Below are positions 1 through 9,331 of a stretch of DNA of 64,000 nt, piece by piece. This stretch comes from Acidimicrobiia bacterium (GTDB taxonomy: Bacteria > Actinomycetota > Acidimicrobiia > Spongiisociales > UBA5794). Location: NCBI GenBank assembly GCA_036985755.1, contig BTQG01000001.1, positions 17,204-81,203 of the forward strand, given 5' to 3'. The notes below the pieces were generated by a model. The model did not search any database. It had not been told where the DNA came from and was given only the letters and a program-made list of their open reading frames with translations. The stretch's first letter is position 1, and each line of letters opens with the position of its first letter. Made by a program: the position numbers and the translations under genes.

Positions 1-1
1 T

Positions 2-127
2 GAGGCGCGCCGGCAATGGATCGCCAGCGCCGAGAACGACTACATGGACTATTCACTCATCGGACGAGCCGAGTGGTCTGTCGATGACGACGCCCTGATC
101 CTGCGGATTCCGCTCAGCGACGACTGA
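2..127 (+). CDS. 3' end of an unidentified CDS entering from upstream of the window (partial)
   Basis: Frame open from window edge to TGA at 125-127 (EARRQWIASAENDYMDYSLIGRAEWSVDDDALILRIPLSDD*); third-position GC bias similar to neighbouring genes; no recognisable motif. Confidence 0.3.
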   Translation, partial: EARRQWIASAENDYMDYSLIGRAEWSVDDDALILRIPLSDD

Positions 128-143
128 TGGCTATAACGGCCAA

Positions 144-1007
144 ATGATGCTCGATCGGCGCCTTGTGCTCGTTTCCGGGAAGGGCGGCGTCGGGAAATCG
201 GCGGTGGCCGCCGCCCTCGCCATCGTCGCTGCCCGTCACGGCCGGCGGGTGCTCGCCATCGCCATGACCGAGGCCCTTGGCCTGGCATCCCACCTCGGTG
301 TTGAGGCCCTCGGCGCCGAACCGATTCAGGTCCATCCCGGCCTCTTCTGCTCCGTGATCGATCGTGCCAATGCCCTCGACCAGTACCTCAAGCTCCAGGT
401 GCGAGCAGCTCGATCGATCCCTACCACCCAGTTGACCAAAGCGCTCAACGTCCTCGTCGAGACGGCTCCGGGGGTCCGGGAGATCGTCACCATGGGCAAG
501 CCGATCTTCGAAGTGTGGGAGGGGACCTGGGACCTGGTGATCGCCGATGCTCCCCCCCTCGGCCAACTCCAGTCCTACCTGACCGCCCCCCAGACGATCA
601 CCGGTCTGGTCCCGACCGGGGCGGTGCGAGAGCAAGCGGCGAGTCTGCAATCGACCCTCAGCGACCCCGCCGTGAGCGGACTGGTGCTGGTCACCACCGC
701 CGAGGAGCTTCCCATCGTCGAGACCCGCCAGGCAATCGCCCAGATCGACAAGGAGCGACAGATCCTCATTGCGGGGGTGCTTGCCAATCGTGTCTTCGAG
801 CCATTGCGGACCCCTCGCGCCACCATCGAACAGCTCGATCCGTCTGCGGCCAGGGATGCAGGGTTGCTGCACACCGACCTCACCGAGCGGCAGCGGGTGT
901 GGCTCGACACCGTGCCAGACGATCCACAGCTCCCCTACCTGTTCGACATGCGAACACCTGCGGAGGTCGCAGAGCGCCTTGCCGACGAATGCGAGGCCCT
1001 CCTATGA
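144..1007 (+). CDS. ArsA/Get3-like P-loop ATPase (first of a coupled pair)
   Basis: N-terminal deviant Walker A LVSGKGGVGKSAVAAALA; 287 aa; stop overlaps next start (ATGA at 1004-1007). Confidence 0.85.
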   Translation: MMLDRRLVLVSGKGGVGKSAVAAALAIVAARHGRRVLAIAMTEALGLASHLGVEALGAEPIQVHPGLFCSVIDRANALDQYLKLQVRAARSIPTTQLTKALNVLVETAPGVREIVTMGKPIFEVWEGTWDLVIADAPPLGQLQSYLTAPQTITGLVPTGAVREQAASLQSTLSDPAVSGLVLVTTAEELPIVETRQAIAQIDKERQILIAGVLANRVFEPLRTPRATIEQLDPSAARDAGLLHTDLTERQRVWLDTVPDDPQLPYLFDMRTPAEVAERLADECEALL

Positions 1008-2053
1008 ACACCAACGTAGTGGTGGTGACCGGGGCCGGAGGAGTCGGCAAGACCACGCTTTCCGCAGCGCTTGCGATCGCCGTCGCCTCTCCCACCATCC
1101 GTACCCTGGTCATGACGGTCGACCCTGCGAAGCGGCTCGCCGACGCTCTCGATTTGACCGGTCTCGGTGGGGACCCGGTGCCGGTGGTCGAGGCACCCGG
1201 GCTGTGGGCTGCCATGCTCGACGCCACCTCATCGTGGGAAGCGATCGTGCGCCGCTACAGCGAGCCGGAGGTCGCAGACCGCCTGTTGGTGAATCCGTAT
1301 TTTCGCGCCCTCGCCGATCGATTCCCTGCCGCCCAGTCATTCGCCGCTGCCGAGACCATGTCGATCTTCATCGAGTCTGGGAGCTGGGACCTCATCGTGG
1401 TCGATACCCCGCCGTCGGCCGGCGGTCTCGATTTCTATCTTGCCCCGGAAAAAACAGCCGATCTGGTGGGAGGCAAGCTGTTGCACTGGTTGACCGGTGC
1501 CCAGCTACCCGGCCGTCGATTCCTGTACCGGTTCACAGGGAAGCCGCTGCTCAAGGCCGCCGATGTCGTGCTCGGAGGGCCGTTGCTCGAGGATGTCGCC
1601 GAGTTCCTGCTCGATCTGCGGACCATGTACGACGCCTTGACGGCGAGGTCCCACACGATGCAGCGGTATCTGCAGGCGGCAACCACCCTGGTGGTGACCA
1701 CTGCTGATCCCGCACCCGTCGCCGAGGTCGTCCGGTTCTTCGAAGAGCTCACCGAAATCGAGGTGAGGCCGGCCGCCATCATGCTCAACCGCTCCCTCCC
1801 CCACGCCTGGGCCGACGCCGCCCTGGCGCCGATTGCGAACGTCCCTGACCCTGCAGTTCGTGCCGAGCTCACCAGGAACCTGATCAACTGGGGCGGCGAA
1901 GCGAGGCGACAGTCGGCGGCCATGGCGGGGCTCGCCGACCGCTACGGAGTCCCGCTGGTGGCCGTCCCCTGGGTGCCGGTCCCCCCGACCGATCCCGAAT
2001 CGCTCGAGGCCCTGCTGGCCGGCATCGATCTCGATGAGCTACTGGCGAAGTAG
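1004..2053 (+). CDS. ArsA/Get3-like P-loop ATPase (second of the pair)
   Basis: Start re-picked at ATG 1004 (MNTNVVVVTGAGGVGKTTLSAALA, Walker A); in frame with tracked ORF 515..2053, whose first 163 codons overlap the previous gene; VVDTPPS switch-like motif. Confidence 0.85.
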   Translation: MNTNVVVVTGAGGVGKTTLSAALAIAVASPTIRTLVMTVDPAKRLADALDLTGLGGDPVPVVEAPGLWAAMLDATSSWEAIVRRYSEPEVADRLLVNPYFRALADRFPAAQSFAAAETMSIFIESGSWDLIVVDTPPSAGGLDFYLAPEKTADLVGGKLLHWLTGAQLPGRRFLYRFTGKPLLKAADVVLGGPLLEDVAEFLLDLRTMYDALTARSHTMQRYLQAATTLVVTTADPAPVAEVVRFFEELTEIEVRPAAIMLNRSLPHAWADAALAPIANVPDPAVRAELTRNLINWGGEARRQSAAMAGLADRYGVPLVAVPWVPVPPTDPESLEALLAGIDLDELLAK

Positions 2054-2115
2054 TAGCCCAGTAAAGAAGTAGCCCAGACTGCGCTACTGCGCTACTGAGC
2101 TACTCAGCTACTTCT
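2052..2115. terminator. Repeat-built hairpin region between convergent arsA-like gene and dnaE (probable bidirectional terminator)
   Basis: AGTAGCCCAG at 2052 and 2068; four tandem 8-mers NNGCTACT at 2081-2112 (GCTACT is the reverse complement of AGTAGC); 9-bp stem 2065-2073/2107-2115 ends one base before the dnaE stop codon (2116-2118). Confidence 0.6.
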
Positions 2116-5100
2116 CTACAACACCACCGACGGTCCCAGCAGCTCGCGTAGTTCGGCGAACAGGGCGGAGCGCGCCTCGACCCGGTGTTCCTTGCCCAAG
2201 CGCAGCACCTTCTCACTGTCATCCGCGGTCATGTGCAGGTACACCTCGGCGGCTCCGGGGTGATTGTCCAGAATGCCCCTCAGTTTGCCCACCGTCTCCT
2301 GGGACAGGCGGGTCGCCGCCACCGTGAGCCGGACCACCGAATCAGCATCGAGTTGTGGCTCGTGGATTTGCTGGGCGATGAACTTGACATCGTCGCCACG
2401 ATGGTCGACGCGTCCGGTCACGATCAAGATGGCATCCTCGCGAATGAGCGGGCCGAACTCGGCGACCGTACGCGGGAAACTGACAACTTCAACCGCACCC
2501 TCCAGATCCTCCAGACTGAAGAAGTACATCGGATCGCCGCCCTTGGTATACCGGGTGGTGATTGCCCCGACGATGCCGCCGATGGACGCCTGCGCCCGAT
2601 CCTTGAGGTCCCATAACCCGGCGATCGAGGCCGAACACATGGCTTCGAGGGTCGCTTCGACCCCGAGCAGGGGGTGGTCGGAGACGTACAAGCCGAGCAT
2701 CTCTTTCTCGAATCCCAACTTGATCTTCTTGTCCCACTCGATCTCCGGGACGACGATCCCTGCCGAATCTTCACCGACATCGGCACTGCCGAACAGGCTG
2801 TACTGACCCATATCCTCTGCCCTGCGCCGGGTGATCGTGGCATCCAGTGTGTCGAACGCCACCTCGAGCAGCCCGCGGCGCTTGTGGCCAAGGGAGTCGA
2901 AGGCTCCTGCCTTTATCAGGGCCTCGATCGTTCGTTTGTTGAGCACGTTGACATCGACCCTGTTGACGAAATCGTCGAACGTGGCAAACGGGCCCTTCTT
3001 CGCCCGCTCGGCCACTATGAGATCCACGACCGCCTCTCCTACGTTGCGAATCGCGGACAAGCCGAACGAGATTCGATCGTCCTTCCCGACGAAGTCCGAC
3101 TCCGAGACGTTCACGTCGGGGACCAACACCGGGACTCCCATCATCCGGCACTCGTGGAGGTAGACGGCGGTGCGATCCTTGTCCTTCTTGGCCGAGGTCA
3201 GCAATGCCGCCATGTACTCCGCCGGATAGTGGACCTTCAACCACGCCGTCTGGTAGGCGACGAGCGCATACGCCGCAGAGTGGCTCTTGTTGAACCCGTA
3301 ACCGGCGAAGTGCTCGATGAAACCGAAGAGCTCCTTGCCTAACTGCTCTGGGTACCCGTTGGAAACACACCCTGCGATGAACTGCTGCTCCTGGGCCTGC
3401 ATCACCGCCGGGATCTTCTTCCCCATCGCCTTGCGCAGGCTGTCCGCTTCTGTCAGGGAGTACCCGGCCATCTTCTGGGCGGCCTGCATGACCTGCTCCT
3501 GGAACACCATGACCCCGAAGGTGTCGCCGAGGATCCCCTCGAGATCTTCATGGAGGTAGCTGATCTCCGTCTTGCCATTCTTGCGGTCGGCGTATTCGAG
3601 ATGCATTCCTGCACCGAGCGGCCCAGGGCGATACAGGGCGTTGAGGGCGACAAGGTGCTCGAAGCGATCGGGCTCGAGATTGCGCATCAACGCCCTCATC
3701 GGCCCACCCTCGAACTGGAAGACCCCTATCGAGTCGCCGGCCTTGAGCATGTCGTACACCGCAGGGTCGTCGAGTGGCAGATTGTCGATATCGGGTTTGG
3801 ATCCTGTGTTGCGTTCGATCAGATCGAGGGCGCGTTCGATGGTGGTGAGGTTGCGCAACCCGAGGAAGTCCATCTTCAACAGGCCGAGGGCCTCGACGGC
3901 GTGCATCTCGTACTGGGTGACCACCTCGGCGTCGTCGCCCTTGCGCTGGATGGGAACGACGTCGGTGAGCGGATGTGGAGAGATCACCACCGCCGCAGCG
4001 TGGATCGAGTCCTGGCGGCGCAGGCCCTCGAGGCCTCGCGCCGTGTCGACGACCTCTTTGACCTGTGGATCGGCGGCGTACAGTTCCCTGAGCCCGGCCG
4101 CGCTCTTGTAGTGATCCTGCACCATCTGATCGGCATACGGACCGGGCTCGTCGAGCGCCTGGGCGAGAGTGGCGTCCTTGCCCAGGATCGCCGGGGGCAT
4201 CAGCTTCGCCGTGCGGTCCCCCACTCCGTATGGATGGCCCAGCACCCTGGCGGCGTCGCGGATGGCCTGTTTCCCCTTGATGGTGGAGAAGGTGATGATC
4301 TGGGCGACATGGTCCGAGCCGTATTTCTCCGCGCAGTACCGGATCATCTCGCCGCGGTACCGCTCGTCGAAGTCCATGTCGATGTCGGGCATCTCTCGGC
4401 GCCCCGGGTTGAGGAACCGCTCGAAGAGCAGCCCGAACTCGATGGGGTCGAGGTCGGTGATGTCGAGACAGTAGGACACGATCGAGCCGGCGGCGCTGCC
4501 CCTGCCAGGCCCGCGCCTGATGCCGCGCTGGCGGGCGTGTCGCATCAGATCCCACACGATCAGGAAGTAGGCGGCGAAACCCATTTCGGTGATCACGCCG
4601 AGCTCATAGTCGATCCGTTCGACGACCTCGGGCTTGGGGTCCCCGTACCGCCTCCGTGCTCCCTCCATCACCTGCTGATGCAGGTACTCCGCCTCGCTGA
4701 CCCCGTCCGGTACCGGGAACTGGGGAAGGAGGAAGTTGCCGAACTCGATGGTGACGTCGGCGCGTTCGGCGATCAAGAGGCTGTTGGCGGTTGCGTCGGG
4801 ATAGCGGTCGTTGGGGAACAACGCCTGCATCTGTTTGCTCGACTTGAGGTAGAACTCCTGGGAGTCGAACCGGAACCGCTTTTCATCACTCTTGTTGGCG
4901 CCGGTCTGGATGCACAGCAGCACATCGTGGGCGTCGGCCTCTGCGGCGTAGGTGTAATGGCTGTCGTTGGCCGCAAGCAGTGGGGCGCCGATGTCTGCTG
5001 CCACCGCCAGCAGGTCGTCCATGATCCGTTGCTGAGCAGTCATCCCGTGGTCCTGGACCTCCACGAAGAAGTTGTCCTTGCCGAAGATGTCCTGGTAGCC

Positions 5101-5661
5101 GGCCGCTGCGGCCACGGCTCCGGCGTAGTCGCGAACCTGCCCGACGTTGCCCTCCTCGCTGGACCCGTCGGGCGCCAGCAGCTGAGGCACATGGCCGCCG
5201 AGGCATCCGGTCGTGGCCACGATGCCCTCGCTGTGCTCGGCGAGCAGCTCGGCGTCCATGCGCGGTTTGTAGTAGAAGCCCTCGAGATAGGCGCGAGACG
5301 AAAGTTGGATGAGGTTGTGGTAGCCCGTTCCGCTCACTGCGAGCAGCGTCATGTGGTACCGGACGTCATCCCGTCGTGGTGGTCGGTCGAACCGGGAGCC
5401 GGGGGTGAGGTAGGCCTCCATGCCGATGATCGGCTTGATCCCGACCTCGGTGGCTGCCTTGTAGAAGTCGATGACCCCGTACAGGGCCCCGTGGTCGGTG
5501 ATGGCGATCGCCGGCTGGCCGTCCGCCGCCGCCGCCGCCACCATGTCGTTGACCCGCGCCGCACCATCGAGCATGGAGAACTCGGAGTGAACGTGTAGGT
5601 GGGCGAACCCTTCGCGGGGCAACGGCTTCCTCGGCTGGTGAACTACATCCGTGGCATTCAA
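2116..5661 (-). CDS. dnaE: DNA polymerase III alpha subunit
   Basis: PHP motif FAHLHVHSEFSMLDGA near N-terminus, GLLKMDFLGLRNLT, FNKSHSAAYA. Tracked ORF runs to 6159 but overlaps the divergent HNH gene. I place the start at TTG 5661 (about 1181 aa, normal DnaE1 length); exact start uncertain. Confidence 0.93.
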   Translation of the reverse strand: MNATDVVHQPRKPLPREGFAHLHVHSEFSMLDGAARVNDMVAAAAADGQPAIAITDHGALYGVIDFYKAATEVGIKPIIGMEAYLTPGSRFDRPPRRDDVRYHMTLLAVSGTGYHNLIQLSSRAYLEGFYYKPRMDAELLAEHSEGIVATTGCLGGHVPQLLAPDGSSEEGNVGQVRDYAGAVAAAAGYQDIFGKDNFFVEVQDHGMTAQQRIMDDLLAVAADIGAPLLAANDSHYTYAAEADAHDVLLCIQTGANKSDEKRFRFDSQEFYLKSSKQMQALFPNDRYPDATANSLLIAERADVTIEFGNFLLPQFPVPDGVSEAEYLHQQVMEGARRRYGDPKPEVVERIDYELGVITEMGFAAYFLIVWDLMRHARQRGIRRGPGRGSAAGSIVSYCLDITDLDPIEFGLLFERFLNPGRREMPDIDMDFDERYRGEMIRYCAEKYGSDHVAQIITFSTIKGKQAIRDAARVLGHPYGVGDRTAKLMPPAILGKDATLAQALDEPGPYADQMVQDHYKSAAGLRELYAADPQVKEVVDTARGLEGLRRQDSIHAAAVVISPHPLTDVVPIQRKGDDAEVVTQYEMHAVEALGLLKMDFLGLRNLTTIERALDLIERNTGSKPDIDNLPLDDPAVYDMLKAGDSIGVFQFEGGPMRALMRNLEPDRFEHLVALNALYRPGPLGAGMHLEYADRKNGKTEISYLHEDLEGILGDTFGVMVFQEQVMQAAQKMAGYSLTEADSLRKAMGKKIPAVMQAQEQQFIAGCVSNGYPEQLGKELFGFIEHFAGYGFNKSHSAAYALVAYQTAWLKVHYPAEYMAALLTSAKKDKDRTAVYLHECRMMGVPVLVPDVNVSESDFVGKDDRISFGLSAIRNVGEAVVDLIVAERAKKGPFATFDDFVNRVDVNVLNKRTIEALIKAGAFDSLGHKRRGLLEVAFDTLDATITRRRAEDMGQYSLFGSADVGEDSAGIVVPEIEWDKKIKLGFEKEMLGLYVSDHPLLGVEATLEAMCSASIAGLWDLKDRAQASIGGIVGAITTRYTKGGDPMYFFSLEDLEGAVEVVSFPRTVAEFGPLIREDAILIVTGRVDHRGDDVKFIAQQIHEPQLDADSVVRLTVAATRLSQETVGKLRGILDNHPGAAEVYLHMTADDSEKVLRLGKEHRVEARSALFAELRELLGPSVVL

Positions 5662-5769
5662 CCACGCCGGGACCGCCCAAGCGAGGCGCGAAATCTCGGC
5701 ACCGGGATCGCCCTCCGCGATCTGGACGCTCCACTCATTTGTGTCGCACCCTCCTGATACGTTGTCACC

Positions 5770-6885
5770 ATGTTCTGGTACGACGAACAACCGATGCACG
5801 GCTGGGTTGCCGAGCTCAAAGAGTGCGAGGTGCAGGTCGGTGAGCTGCGGGCCCGGCAGGCGGTCTTGATCAACGAGCTGGACAAGCGAGATATCGCCGG
5901 TACGCAGGGGGCGCGGTCCCTCGTAGATTGGGTGGCGTCGACGTTGGATATGTCCCGGCGCAACGCCTCCGATCTGGCCTACGCGGTGCGGTGGTTCAAG
6001 AAGCACCGGTCGATCTCCCATCGGTTTGCCGATGGCTTGATGTCCTACGACCGTGCGGTGGCGACCGTCCGGCTGGCACGTTCCGGCGCCGGACCCGAGG
6101 TCGTCAATGACAGTTACCGGATGGATCTCAACGGTGTTGCCCGTCTGAGCGCCCACCACCGTCGAGTGACGAGTATCGATGAGAAGCGAGCGTTCGCAGA
6201 ACGGTTCTGTACGGCGCAGCCAACGCTCGACGAGTCGTCATGGAGGGTCTCAGGGCAACTCTCCGGCCTCGCCGGCAGGATATTCGCCAAGGCCCTCCTG
6301 GACCGTGCCGACGAGTTCCGCCAACTCCCGGGAGGCGAGCAGTTCACCAGGGCTCAACGCCAAGCGGACGCGCTCGTCGCAATGGCACAAGACTCCCTCG
6401 GTCGCGAACAAGACGACGACATCAGCGGGACGGCAGGGCCCACTGCAACAATTTTCATCGACCTCGACGCGGCCAACGACACCGGCGGCGCCCTCGGTGC
6501 CGAGGTCGAATACGGGCCGAGGGTTGGGCCCGACACGCTCGACACCTTGTTGTGTTCTGGCTCGGTACAGATCATCGGCCTCGTGGACGGCCGCCCGGTA
6601 GTCACCTCCGAAACCGCCAAGGCGATCCCGCCGGCGGTACGCCGGCTCGTGGCGTGGCGGGACGGTGCTTGCACCATCGACGCCTGTACCTCGCGGTATC
6701 GCCTCCAACCTCACCACATCCGGGAACGCCGCCATGGCGGAGGCCATGATCCCGACAACCTCACCACGCTGTGCTGGTTTCACCACCACGTCGCCATCCA
6801 CGGCAACGGACTCCGCATCGACCCCGACAGCCCGCCGTTACGGCGCCGGCTCGTCCAGACCCGGGCGGGCCCGGATCCCCCCTGA
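5770..6885 (+). CDS. DUF222-type HNH endonuclease (13E12-repeat-like family)
   Basis: C-terminal HNH core HHIRERRHGGGHDPDNLTTLCWFHHHVAIH; N-terminal region resembles the DUF222 helical domain (ARSLVDWVASTLDMSRRNASDLAYAVR). Confidence 0.85.
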   Translation: MFWYDEQPMHGWVAELKECEVQVGELRARQAVLINELDKRDIAGTQGARSLVDWVASTLDMSRRNASDLAYAVRWFKKHRSISHRFADGLMSYDRAVATVRLARSGAGPEVVNDSYRMDLNGVARLSAHHRRVTSIDEKRAFAERFCTAQPTLDESSWRVSGQLSGLAGRIFAKALLDRADEFRQLPGGEQFTRAQRQADALVAMAQDSLGREQDDDISGTAGPTATIFIDLDAANDTGGALGAEVEYGPRVGPDTLDTLLCSGSVQIIGLVDGRPVVTSETAKAIPPAVRRLVAWRDGACTIDACTSRYRLQPHHIRERRHGGGHDPDNLTTLCWFHHHVAIHGNGLRIDPDSPPLRRRLVQTRAGPDPP

Positions 6886-6955
6886 TCGTCTGGCGTCCTA
6901 CCCGGCGACAACCGAACACAACAAACATGGACCCCGCGACGGCGCGTTCCCCGGC

Positions 6956-8395
6956 TCAGACCCTCTGGCGTGCTGCTTTGAGCAGCTCGCGGAACGCTTC
7001 TTCGAGGGCGGCGCCGAACGTGTCGATGTCGTACATCAACCCGAAGTCGCCGTTGAGGCCCCAGTCAACCGAACCGGCGTAGCTGAACAACGCCACACCG
7101 ACGCCGTGGCTCTGCCACAGCGGGACAAGCGGATAGGTCTTCTGCACCTTGGCGTCCAGGAGATAGAGGGGAAATTGGGGGCCGGGAACATTGGTCACCG
7201 TCATATTGAACGGCCTGGCGTTTGCCGCCAGGCGGGCACCGAGCGCTACCAGCGTTGCCGGGGCCCCTGCCGACAGCCGCACCAGCGTCGAAGCACCAAG
7301 CGCTTGATTCGACTCCTTGAGCATACGGGTCTCATCGACCACGGTGGCGTGTCGTTTCACCGGGTCCGGTTCGCCGATGGGCAGGTTGACCAGCCACATC
7401 GCCACCTGGTTGCCAAGGGTCCCTCGATCCCGCGGGCGGCGGACGCTCACCGGAGCCATCACCCTGAACTCCGTCTGGTACAGGGCATCGTCCTCGACGC
7501 CCCGCTTCTCCATCAGGAAACGGCGGACCCCTCCCGCCACGGTGGCCAGGATCACGTCGTTCACCGTGCCGCCGAGCAGGTTCTTGACCTCCTTGACCTC
7601 CTCGAGCGGTGTGCTGAGCCAACCGATCTTCCGGTCGGGGCTGACATGCCCGTTGATCGGGGTCCCGCCCGTCGGCGTCAGCCACCCGCTGGAAAGGGAG
7701 GCGTTCACCGCCTTGAGCCTGCGGAAAAGGCTGTCGCGGATCTCGGAGGCGTTCTCGACCATGCTGCCGATCTCGAGCAGCGATTCCATCAGCCCGGAGA
7801 TCCTCCTCGTCGTCTCCCGCACCAGCAGCTCCGTCCCGTTTGGAACCTCCCGCGGTTCGTACGGGGGCCCAGGGACGATCTCGGCAGTCGGTTCCAGGCC
7901 CATCAGCATCGCCATCAAGTCCACGCCGGCGATCCCGTCGATCATGGAGTGGTGGATCTTGGTCACCATGGCAAAACGACCACCCTCCAGGCCCTCGACG
8001 ACGATCATCTCCCACATCGCCTTCGACCGATCCAGCGGCTGAGACATGAGTCGGCCGGCGATTTGCTTGAGCTCGTCCTCCGACCCCGGTTGCGGCAGCG
8101 CGATGTGCCTGATGTGGTGCTCTATGTTGAAAAACTCGTCGTCGACCCATACCGGGTGGCGCTCGATCGGCACCCACGCCAGCCGTTGGCGGTACCGCGG
8201 GACAATGTGCAGCTTGGATGCCACAAAGTCCCGCAACAGCTGGACATCGATGCCCCCGCCGTCGGTTGCAAACGAACCGGCTTCGAAGATCGTCACCGCG
8301 CCGACGTGAAAGTGAGTCGAGCGCGACTCGAGGGCGAGATATGAGTTGTCGAGGTACGACAAGCGGTCGTAGTGAACGGACACCGTTTCCTCCAA
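6956..8395 (-). CDS. Wax ester synthase/diacylglycerol acyltransferase (WS/DGAT)
   Basis: Catalytic HHxxxDG motif (KIHHSMIDGIAGVDL); 479 aa; typical N-terminus LSYLDNSYLALES. Confidence 0.9.
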   Translation of the reverse strand: MEETVSVHYDRLSYLDNSYLALESRSTHFHVGAVTIFEAGSFATDGGGIDVQLLRDFVASKLHIVPRYRQRLAWVPIERHPVWVDDEFFNIEHHIRHIALPQPGSEDELKQIAGRLMSQPLDRSKAMWEMIVVEGLEGGRFAMVTKIHHSMIDGIAGVDLMAMLMGLEPTAEIVPGPPYEPREVPNGTELLVRETTRRISGLMESLLEIGSMVENASEIRDSLFRRLKAVNASLSSGWLTPTGGTPINGHVSPDRKIGWLSTPLEEVKEVKNLLGGTVNDVILATVAGGVRRFLMEKRGVEDDALYQTEFRVMAPVSVRRPRDRGTLGNQVAMWLVNLPIGEPDPVKRHATVVDETRMLKESNQALGASTLVRLSAGAPATLVALGARLAANARPFNMTVTNVPGPQFPLYLLDAKVQKTYPLVPLWQSHGVGVALFSYAGSVDWGLNGDFGLMYDIDTFGAALEEAFRELLKAARQRV

Positions 8396-8404
8396 ACGAT
8401 CAAT

Positions 8405-9331
8405 CTAGCCCGGGATCGCGCCCCGGTTCGGCGGACCGAGTTGCTGGAGCGACGTGACGAGGTCCTGGGGAAGCGGTGCTTGGACGACGACGTCCTCCGG
8501 GCGCGAGGGATGGGCGAACTCGAGCTCGGCGGCGTGGAGCCAGGTGCGTCCGGGGTCACCGGAGACGGGGCGGCGGGGACCGTAGACCGGATCTCCGACG
8601 ACGGGGTGGTCGATCGCTCGCAGGTGCACCCGGATCTGGTGGGTGCGGCCGGTTTCCAGCTCCACCGACAGCAGGCTCACCTCCTGGTCGTCCCAGGCAG
8701 CGCTCACCCGATAGTGGGTACGGGCGGGACGGCCGGCGCTCGTCACCGCCATGCGCGTCGGGTTGCTCGGATCCCTCCCGATCGGTGCCTCGATGGTGCC
8801 GGTGGTGGCATCGAAGCGCCCGGCGACGAGGGTCAGATAGTGCCTGCTGATCTCTCTGGCGCGAAGTGCGTCCTGGAGTGTCGCCTGGGCGCCCGCGGTC
8901 TTGGCGACGATGAGCAAACCAGACGTATCACGGTCCAGCCGGTGAACGATCCCCCATCGCCGATCCGGACCGAGCTCGCCCGCACTGTCGAATCGTGCCA
9001 GCAGGCCGTTGGCGAGGGTCCCGCTGGCGTTGCCCGCCCCCGGATGCACCACCAGCCCCGCCGGTTTGTCCACGACCAGCACATCGTCGTCCTCGTAGGC
9101 GACGCCGAAGGGTATGTCCTCCGCCTCAAACGTCACCGGGGCCACCGCGATCGCCACGACAAGCTCATCACCGACGGTGACTCGATCGGACGGACGCAGC
9201 GCGACCCCGCCGCGCTCGGCCTTTCCGGCATCGATCGTCTTCCTGGCCTGACCGCGGCTGACCTCCCACATCGAGGCGATCGCCCGGTCGGCCCTTGCGC
9301 CGTCGAGCTCCTCGGGCACGACGGCGGTCAT
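8405..9331 (-). CDS. rluD: 23S rRNA pseudouridine synthase, RluA/RluD family
   Basis: HRLDRDTSGLLIVAKT catalytic Asp motif; S4-like N-terminus; start re-picked at ATG 9331 (MTAVVPEE), ATGA overlap with lspA stop. Confidence 0.9.
   Translation of the reverse strand: MTAVVPEELDGARADRAIASMWEVSRGQARKTIDAGKAERGGVALRPSDRVTVGDELVVAIAVAPVTFEAEDIPFGVAYEDDDVLVVDKPAGLVVHPGAGNASGTLANGLLARFDSAGELGPDRRWGIVHRLDRDTSGLLIVAKTAGAQATLQDALRAREISRHYLTLVAGRFDATTGTIEAPIGRDPSNPTRMAVTSAGRPARTHYRVSAAWDDQEVSLLSVELETGRTHQIRVHLRAIDHPVVGDPVYGPRRPVSGDPGRTWLHAAELEFAHPSRPEDVVVQAPLPQDLVTSLQQLGPPNRGAIPG

Noticed and set aside
515-1003. N-terminal 163 codons of tracked ORF 515..2053
   Set aside because: Overlaps the first ArsA-like CDS in another frame. 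The Walker A N-terminus and an ATGA coupled start at 1004 define the real gene.
3550-5598. 682-aa plus-strand ORF (plus several others) antisense to dnaE
   Set aside because: A shadow ORF typical of high-GC DNA. It lies entirely inside a gene with unmistakable DnaE motifs, is rich in R/G/H/V/D/L with no motif, and has its third-position bias on the opposite strand.
5662-6159. Upstream extension of the dnaE ORF to 6159
   Set aside because: Would overlap the divergent DUF222-HNH gene by about 390 nt and add about 166 non-homologous residues before the PHP motif. TTG 5661 gives a normal-length DnaE.
5770-6885. Insertion sequence or prophage remnant around the DUF222-HNH gene
   Set aside because: I could see no transposase, integrase, terminal inverted repeats or direct target repeats. 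It is kept only as a possibly mobile HNH gene.
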